Of a stretch of DNA of 62,084 bases, positions 56,544 through 62,084 are shown piece after piece. Made by a program: the position numbers and the translations under genes. The stretch is from a virus (lineage: Duplodnaviria; Caudoviricetes): IMG/VR virus record IMGVR_UViG_3300042504_002530, positions 1 to 62,084 of that record; one strand, 5' to 3'. The notes below the pieces were generated by a model. The model did no database searches, was not told the DNA's origin, and saw only the letters and a program-made list of their open reading frames with translations. The number at the start of each line of letters is the position of its first letter. Position 1 is the stretch's first letter.

Positions 56544-58780
56544 TTAGTTATGATTTGGCTTAATCGGCCGGAGTTGTTATATCGCGTAAAGTTAACACTT
56601 ATTTTGGAGCTCTTCATTTCAGGCACATACAAGTGTTTTTGCGTTGCCATGATGGCTAAACCTGAGCTAATTGATGCGTCATGCTTGGTTCTGTCCATTA
56701 TATTGAACATTGCCCAGTCGTATAAAGTCCGGTTAAACGGCATGTCCCCGCACTCCGAGGGGTGTCTGAACACACCATCGGTGTCATATCCGACGTATTT
56801 TTCAATGTAGGACTCAATGGCCGAAGCATGCGCTTGTCGTACTTCCTCGCTGCTATTCGGTATTCCTCCAAGTTCTAACTCTGTTTTTGACAACTTTGCC
56901 GTTGGCCGGTCGGGCCTGTTCATTGAATACGCCCGGTATCCACGATTCTTTAGGTGGTACAAAAGCCGGGCTTTGTTGTTCTCTGCAAGCATTGGCATTC
57001 CATAAAACACAAGGGCCATCAAAACGTCTTCAAAGAATATCTCCGCGGTTTGAGGTCGGGCAATGTATTCCAAGAAAAACGTATTGGTTGGCGCATCAGA
57101 ATCCATGTGAAACTTGGTCAGACCATGAAGAGCCCCATTCGAACCACCGCCACCAACTACACCGGAAATGTCATAGGAGTCGCACCCAAACGCGCCAAGA
57201 TGTTCGTTTCCGGGATACCTACGGCCGTTCTTTTCCGTATACCGGTTTTGCAGGTTTGCCGGCGGAATCCAACTTACTAGGAATCTCCCGTTGTTGCTTG
57301 GGGCCCAAATGACCTTTGTGTCCTTTACGCCATTCTCCCATTGGAAGCCACCTCTCGTTAAAAGCTGGCCTTTTATCATTCCATCGTTGTAGTCGATTTG
57401 CTGATAGATTTTTGCAAGGTTGAACAACGACTGCCGGCTTTCATCGCGAAATGCATGGGCTTCAGTTCTCGGAAACTGCCGGTAAAACTCGTTCAACGCA
57501 TCTTGGTCGTGCTTCAAGGAGCTAACCTCGTTCTCCCAATAATTAATGGCGCCCAAGACTATCTGCCGGCCAGAATGGTCAACGACTTTCTTCTTTGGCG
57601 TTTCCATAACCGGAAACCCATGCTGGTCAATGTACCCCTCAAAGTTCCACTCCATAGGGACAAAAAACTTATACAGTCCGCTCTTTGTCTGCCCGTTGGC
57701 GTTTCTTTTGCCGGCGTAGGAATCGTCGTACAACTCCTTGAAATTGCCACCGCCCTTGGATAGTGCATTTACCGTAGAACCCATCAAGCACTTACCAACA
57801 ATTCGGCTACCGACCCTGAGCGTCGTTTTTGTGACGCGCCAGTTGTTTAGGATATTCTCCGGCTTTTCCCATTTCCCGGATTCGTCATGAACCAAGAGAA
57901 TCAACTTTTCTCCGTCATAACTGTTGTCCGCGGTGTTTCTCCAGTCAATCGTCGTGTTTAAGCCGTCGGGGTCGTCCGCCGAAAATGCTTCGTGCATGTT
58001 CTTCTTCGTAATTTTTGAAGCCGGAACCCTAAATGCGAGCTCCGTTTTCGGCTTGTCCATGCCATCCTGAATAGGCTTGAAAAAGAATGGATAGTTTCCG
58101 GATATAGGGACGACTTTGTCCGTGAACATCTTCTTGGCATCCGTACCGGTCTTCGAAAGAATACCCACCCGGGAATCCCTCGAGAGCGTGGCGATATGAA
58201 CCGCAATGGCCGAACTCATAAACGAAAATCCAGAACGGCGAATCTTCAGATAGCACATTCCAAAGCATCTTGGGTCAGCCAAGCATGCTTCCCAGAATAT
58301 AAAGAACAACCGGTTGGCCTCCCGGTACTCAGGTTGTCCAATGTCAATTTTTGTCCATTGCAGGTACATGTAGTAACTGCCCGGCATGTAGGTCTTGACA
58401 CCATTGTTCATAAACCAAAATCCCTGCTCCCTTCGGTCGAACTCTTGCTCAATGTAGTCGACCCACATGCTCTTGAACTCTCGAGGCATGTCATGCCATT
58501 GAAAGATGGTCTTTATCTTTTCGAGTTGGGCCGGGTAAGCGAATCGCTCCCAATACTGGTCCGCCGGCCTAGTGCTTCTCTCGTAGCATATTTCGGGTGC
58601 TTCCGGTAGCGCTATTTTTAATCCGCTGATTTCATAAACGTCCCCGATGGTCCCGTCCCTTGATATGACAACCATGTCGTATTCCGGGTCGTATCCATAG
58701 TCCCATCGCTTCTTCCTTTTACCGGTAGAAGGAGCAGGCAATACCCTGTACAGCGCACTATTTTGCTCTACCTTCTGCAA
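56540..58780 (-). CDS. terL: Terminase large subunit
   Basis: KIRRSGFS Walker A, VHDESGK Walker B, GCDSYD nuclease motif, HDASISSG. Confidence 0.9.
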   Translation of the reverse strand: MQKVEQNSALYRVLPAPSTGKRKKRWDYGYDPEYDMVVISRDGTIGDVYEISGLKIALPEAPEICYERSTRPADQYWERFAYPAQLEKIKTIFQWHDMPREFKSMWVDYIEQEFDRREQGFWFMNNGVKTYMPGSYYMYLQWTKIDIGQPEYREANRLFFIFWEACLADPRCFGMCYLKIRRSGFSFMSSAIAVHIATLSRDSRVGILSKTGTDAKKMFTDKVVPISGNYPFFFKPIQDGMDKPKTELAFRVPASKITKKNMHEAFSADDPDGLNTTIDWRNTADNSYDGEKLILLVHDESGKWEKPENILNNWRVTKTTLRVGSRIVGKCLMGSTVNALSKGGGNFKELYDDSYAGKRNANGQTKSGLYKFFVPMEWNFEGYIDQHGFPVMETPKKKVVDHSGRQIVLGAINYWENEVSSLKHDQDALNEFYRQFPRTEAHAFRDESRQSLFNLAKIYQQIDYNDGMIKGQLLTRGGFQWENGVKDTKVIWAPSNNGRFLVSWIPPANLQNRYTEKNGRRYPGNEHLGAFGCDSYDISGVVGGGGSNGALHGLTKFHMDSDAPTNTFFLEYIARPQTAEIFFEDVLMALVFYGMPMLAENNKARLLYHLKNRGYRAYSMNRPDRPTAKLSKTELELGGIPNSSEEVRQAHASAIESYIEKYVGYDTDGVFRHPSECGDMPFNRTLYDWAMFNIMDRTKHDASISSGLAIMATQKHLYVPEMKSSKISVNFTRYNNSGRLSQIITK

Positions 58781-59036
58781 AGCCTTGTTTTTGAGTTCCG
58801 GCCTTTAATGATGGAGAGTCAAGTATTTCTTGCTCCGATTGTATTCGCGCCAAGATGTCAAAAGCATCAACAATAGCGAGCTTCTTTGTGGCCGCCGCGT
58901 TTTTTAACCGGTCAGCACTAATGTCTCCCTCACCACCGGTAATGATGTCCTCTTCAGCAACTTTAATTAAATGCTTGACCGCTTTGTATCCGGCAGCAAT
59001 AATTTGCCTTTTAAGTTCTTCGGATTGATTTTTCAT
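58758..59036 (-). CDS. Putative terminase small subunit
   Basis: Helical; directly upstream of TerL; ADRLKNAAATKKLAI. Confidence 0.5.
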   Translation of the reverse strand: MKNQSEELKRQIIAAGYKAVKHLIKVAEEDIITGGEGDISADRLKNAAATKKLAIVDAFDILARIQSEQEILDSPSLKAGTQKQGFAEGRAK

Positions 59037-59599
59037 AGCAGTACGGCAATATTGCTGGTAAACATACGGTACAGTTTTTCACCATCAACATTGAACTCAT
59101 ACTCGCTTTCTGGCTGATAAACGACTTCATCGCCCGGGCGAAGCCCGGCCGCCAATAACTCGTCATTGATGTATCGGATAGTTCCAACGAGGTCTTCTTC
59201 CTTGTTGACTTTGGCAATAAAGTCTTTTTTAACCTCGGCCGGCTTTACGAAGCAATACCGAGAATGAGCCTTCCACTCGCCGTCATCGCTTTTGAACAAA
59301 AAAAACTGGTCTTCGTCTAATAAAAATAAGTCGTCATTTAAGAATGACCGGCCGCTTTTTTGGCGGCCATACATGTCATAATAAAACTTGAAGACATTGT
59401 GGTGTACGATAAGCATGTCCCCGGCTTTTATGGGGCCATCGTACATGAGCGGAGTGCTTACAACTTCCGCATAGCGATTTGAAAATCGGTGGTCCTCCTG
59501 CGAAACGCTTACGATAAAATCAATATCGCCGTATTTACGGGTATTATCGTATCGTTTCGTATCGCGCGGACGCACGATAAACTGAAACGGTGAACGCAT
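59033..59599 (-). CDS. Tandem GroES-like domain protein
   Basis: Two halves: IKAGDMLIV and LRPGDEVVY...EFNVDGEKLYRM. Confidence 0.6.
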   Translation of the reverse strand: MRSPFQFIVRPRDTKRYDNTRKYGDIDFIVSVSQEDHRFSNRYAEVVSTPLMYDGPIKAGDMLIVHHNVFKFYYDMYGRQKSGRSFLNDDLFLLDEDQFFLFKSDDGEWKAHSRYCFVKPAEVKKDFIAKVNKEEDLVGTIRYINDELLAAGLRPGDEVVYQPESEYEFNVDGEKLYRMFTSNIAVLL

Positions 59600-59820
59600 T
59601 AAAATGAAATATTGTATTCAAATGAAATAGGCATTGATGAAGAAAACTCTTTCCAAAGAAAAATCTCATTCTTCTTTGAGCAAATAAAGACCTTAGCACC
59701 ACCTCCGTCCGAAACCTTAATTAAGTGAACTAAATAGTCACCATTAAGCACCGGCTGATTGACAATGTAGTGCATGGCAGTTTTGTAGTCCTGCCCGATT
59801 GAGATTTTCCGGATGTCCAT
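59599..59820 (-). CDS. Conserved small protein (IRKISIGxDYK.AMHY)
   Basis: Recognisable motif; coupled. Confidence 0.75.
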   Translation of the reverse strand: MDIRKISIGQDYKTAMHYIVNQPVLNGDYLVHLIKVSDGGGAKVFICSKKNEIFLWKEFSSSMPISFEYNISF

Positions 59821-60380
59821 TAGATTTGTCTTAGTACTAGATTAAGGTGCTCCAAAACAACAGCAGTTGTTGACGTGTTGTTTGTGCACCAAATTTCAAT
59901 ATAGTCGTTTGCTAATAATTGAACAAGAACAGTATTAGATACGCTTGACGCTTTTGCGCCACCACCACCAGTTGTTACTGTATCTGCTTCGCTATAACTT
60001 ATTGTAGCATTATTTTTGGCTAATCGAAACATGATATGTTGATTGCTTCCAGATGCAGTTGTTGCCGAAACGGAATAGGTAATAGCAAAGGTTTTTGCCG
60101 GTCCTGTATTGGTGATTCTTCCTGCTCCGTCTGTCGTCAATAATACGTCATTGGTTAACCCTTGAACTGTATTTGTGACCATTTTGTAAAATGTCCCTTG
60201 AACAGCAATACTCGTAGAGTTTCCAGACGTGTCATCATAAATTTCGGTATAGGACGACAAGCCAGCCCTTAGACTGGACACCGTGACATTCTTAGTATTG
60301 CTGCTATCGTTAGCATCACTAATAAGTATAAGGTCTCCGTCTGCCGGAGTTACGGTTGAGTATGTGCTTATCTTGGGCAT
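59820..60380 (-). CDS. Short fibre/decoration protein (C1q/BclA-like C-terminus)
   Basis: PKISTY...DLILISD...TKNVTV N-terminus; LVQLLANDYIEIW. Confidence 0.55.
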   Translation of the reverse strand: MPKISTYSTVTPADGDLILISDANDSSNTKNVTVSSLRAGLSSYTEIYDDTSGNSTSIAVQGTFYKMVTNTVQGLTNDVLLTTDGAGRITNTGPAKTFAITYSVSATTASGSNQHIMFRLAKNNATISYSEADTVTTGGGGAKASSVSNTVLVQLLANDYIEIWCTNNTSTTAVVLEHLNLVLRQI

Positions 60381-60614
60381 TTATCGTTTCTTTTTTGAAC
60401 TCAGGGTAGAATCGCTCAGCGTGTCCTTATATCGTTTGTTAAATTGCTTTTGGGTAACTCGTTTCTCACTTACCCCTTTATTAAACGCTACCTCAGAAAC
60501 GTATTCCGCGTTTTCCGGATTGCGAATGTCGTCAGACCAAGCGGTCTTTGACTTGCCTTTTAATTTTCCCCCATCTTGATAGCATTTTGCTAATGGGTTC
60601 TTCTTATTTAGCAT
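60381..60614 (-). CDS. Small basic protein
   Basis: Coupled ORF. Confidence 0.6.
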   Translation of the reverse strand: MLNKKNPLAKCYQDGGKLKGKSKTAWSDDIRNPENAEYVSEVAFNKGVSEKRVTQKQFNKRYKDTLSDSTLSSKKKR

Positions 60615-60826
60615 GGCTTTTTCATTTTGCCGCCATACTTCATGGTGGACATCTTACCGCCTTTCTTAAATTGGTTTTCGTTAGTAAAACCGGATTTTTT
60701 CTTACTAGCAGGTTCGCTAGTAATTAGCTTGCGACCAGCTGAGGTGTTTGACGTTTTCTTACTAGCAGGCTCCTTGGTAATTAGCTTGCGACCAGTGGAG
60801 CTTTTTGATGTTTTGTTGTCTTTCAT
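60608..60826 (-). CDS. Small basic protein with internal repeat (GRKLITxEPASKK x2)
   Basis: Lys-rich; KYGGKM tail. Confidence 0.65.
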   Translation of the reverse strand: MKDNKTSKSSTGRKLITKEPASKKTSNTSAGRKLITSEPASKKKSGFTNENQFKKGGKMSTMKYGGKMKKPC

Positions 60827-61071
60827 GGTTTTTCAAATTTTTGGATGAGTGAACGAACATAAGAATGAAGGCCGGCTTTGTCGTTTTTATTGACAAGCCT
60901 CTTCATAGTTGATACTTGCTTGGGGTTAAAGATATACTCGCCACCGGTCGCCTCAGCAATCTTGCGCCCGTTGGCCATAATGTCAATAGGGTTGTACTTA
61001 TGGGAGAACCGGCCCGGAGTGACCACCGGCGCCGAAAGCAACTCCTTTAAGTATACCCTTGACTTTTTCAT
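60823..61071 (-). CDS. Hypothetical protein
   Basis: Coupled ORF with a TATATTTG promoter just upstream. Confidence 0.6.
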   Translation of the reverse strand: MKKSRVYLKELLSAPVVTPGRFSHKYNPIDIMANGRKIAEATGGEYIFNPKQVSTMKRLVNKNDKAGLHSYVRSLIQKFEKP

Positions 61072-61493
61072 TTCAAACGCAAATATAGTAAAATCCCAAG
61101 AGCCACAATTACGTTAGCAACTAAAAGCTGCCAAGCCCATTTCGGCGTGACCTTCTTGACTTGAATCTCTGTTTCGTTCACATAGACCGTGTCCGACAAC
61201 GCCCGGTAGCTCTTGACAATAGTGTCGGTCTTTACCCGGACAATGATTTTGGTTCCATCGGTCTCTAGTTTCACTTTTGCCGGGCCGGCTTGGGTTTCAA
61301 ACTTAAAGTCCTTGAGTATCCCGTTGGTATCGCATGGCGATGGGATGGCTGTTTCCACAATGACCGGCATCTGCACGGTGTCGCGCTGAATGTCAACCCG
61401 GGTCCGGTACTCAATCTGAGTGACGGTTTTCTTGCTGCAACCCACAAACAAGAACAGGACCGTGAGGAGTTTAAGATGTATAGAGGTAGCCAT
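61068..61493 (-). CDS. Spanin-like lipoprotein (lipobox + C-terminal TM)
   Basis: LFLFVG-C lipobox, C-terminal TM helix, adjacent to the endolysin. Confidence 0.65.
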   Translation of the reverse strand: MATSIHLKLLTVLFLFVGCSKKTVTQIEYRTRVDIQRDTVQMPVIVETAIPSPCDTNGILKDFKFETQAGPAKVKLETDGTKIIVRVKTDTIVKSYRALSDTVYVNETEIQVKKVTPKWAWQLLVANVIVALGILLYLRLK

Positions 61494-61875
61494 ATTCTTT
61501 TTCTGCGCTAAATTGAGGGCATGCTTTCTTGACGCCGGGGAAATCGCAATGCCCAATGATTCTGGCCTTCGGATACTTGGCTAGCCATTCCCTTAGAACC
61601 CTTTCCATAGCCGATTTCTGAGCCGGCGTCCTATCGTCAGCAGTCTTTCCTCCAATATAACAAACGTGCAGGCTATTGCTATTATGCCCTGCCACGCCAT
61701 TTGTGATAGCCCCATCCGGAGCGAGTTGAATAATTTCTCCATTTGATTTGATTATTCGGTGATAGCCAACTGCCTTCCATCCAAGATTTTCCCGCCAATA
61801 TTTCTTAATGGCTTCTACCGGAGTATTCTTAGCGGTTGCAGAGCAATGGCATACGAGGTTTCTAATCTCTCGCAT
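61471..61875 (-). CDS. Endolysin, N-acetylmuramoyl-L-alanine amidase (T7 lysozyme-like)
   Basis: HCSAT, GWKAVGYH, CYIGG, IIGH, KACP. Confidence 0.92.
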   Translation of the reverse strand: MREIRNLVCHCSATAKNTPVEAIKKYWRENLGWKAVGYHRIIKSNGEIIQLAPDGAITNGVAGHNSNSLHVCYIGGKTADDRTPAQKSAMERVLREWLAKYPKARIIGHCDFPGVKKACPQFSAEKEYGYLYTS

Positions 61876-61876
61876 A

Positions 61877-62083
61877 TTAAATGGCAGTCAAGCTTTGTAA
61901 CGAAAGAACGCCCGGGGGGGCCGCGTTGGGTAGTCGTGTTGGATAAATTTCAGCGGTACGGATGCGGTCGTTGAGATAGTTACCCGTTCCGATACGATTT
62001 CCCAAATCAACTCTACTCGTTGCGGGAATAAGGCAAACCGCACTCGTTGCAACGCTTGTTCCGTTTAGGTATATCGCAACATT
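61877..62083 (-). CDS. C-terminal part of a fibre paralog (runs off window end)
   Basis: ...NDRIRTAEIYPTRLPNAAPPGVLSLQSLTAI matches the C-terminus of 402..1676. Confidence 0.8.
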   Translation of the reverse strand, partial: NVAIYLNGTSVATSAVCLIPATSRVDLGNRIGTGNYLNDRIRTAEIYPTRLPNAAPPGVLSLQSLTAI

Positions 62084-62084
62084 G

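Larger units (their letters stand above)
6546..56776. repeat. 18-bp palindrome GGGGTGT-YCRA-ACACCCC, 20 dispersed copies
   Basis: Starts at 6546, 7653, 8396, 8714, 9366, 10108, 11425, 12156, 13191, 13583, 14584, 15858, 17218, 18867, 22152, 22947, 27020, 35403, 51517, 56759. Confidence 0.95.
3199..61087 (-). promoter_or_regulatory. Set of Bacteroidota TAnnTTTG -7 elements on the - strand
   Basis: At 3199-3206, 6118-6125, 41594-41601, 49675-49682, 49997-50004, 50751-50758, 54093-54100, 61080-61087, each shortly upstream of a gene start. Confidence 0.7.

Noticed and set aside
7788-58609. Many long antisense ORFs in the six-frame track
   Set aside because: Shadows of real genes on the opposite strand, with no motifs
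1-62084. Stop-codon reassignment
   Set aside because: Genes are intact and densely packed under the standard code; no suppressor tRNA found

Overview
Near-complete (~62 kb) genome of a dsDNA tailed phage, very probably a podovirus of Bacteroidota. The host call rests on TAnnTTTG host promoters and A-rich, SD-less translation starts. The capsid, portal and ring proteins resemble those of flavobacterial phi38:1-like/crAss-related phages (from recall, not searched). Two arms diverge from a hairpin-rich non-coding region at about 6.1-7.7 kb. The + arm (7.7-27 kb) carries early accessory genes, a MoxR-type AAA ATPase with its partner, RadC/JAB, Sak, an exonuclease, a primase-helicase, an SF2 helicase, VRR-NUC and MazG. 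The - arm carries GroEL/GroES, lysis genes, terminase, portal, MCP, tail proteins and a 3609-aa polyvalent/ejection protein. The strongest unexplained signals are non-coding. (1) A ~530-nt highly structured + strand RNA candidate sits behind the first early promoter. (2) Four tRNA mimics plus one 3' remnant keep the acceptor and T arms but have no anticodon arm; one directly terminates the large RNA. (3) An 18-bp palindrome, GGGGTGT-YCRA-ACACCCC, occurs 20 times: between genes, inside essential genes, and as the 'anticodon arm' of one tRNA mimic. It also delimits cassette-like early genes. All family assignments come from motif recognition by eye; no searches or folding programs were run.
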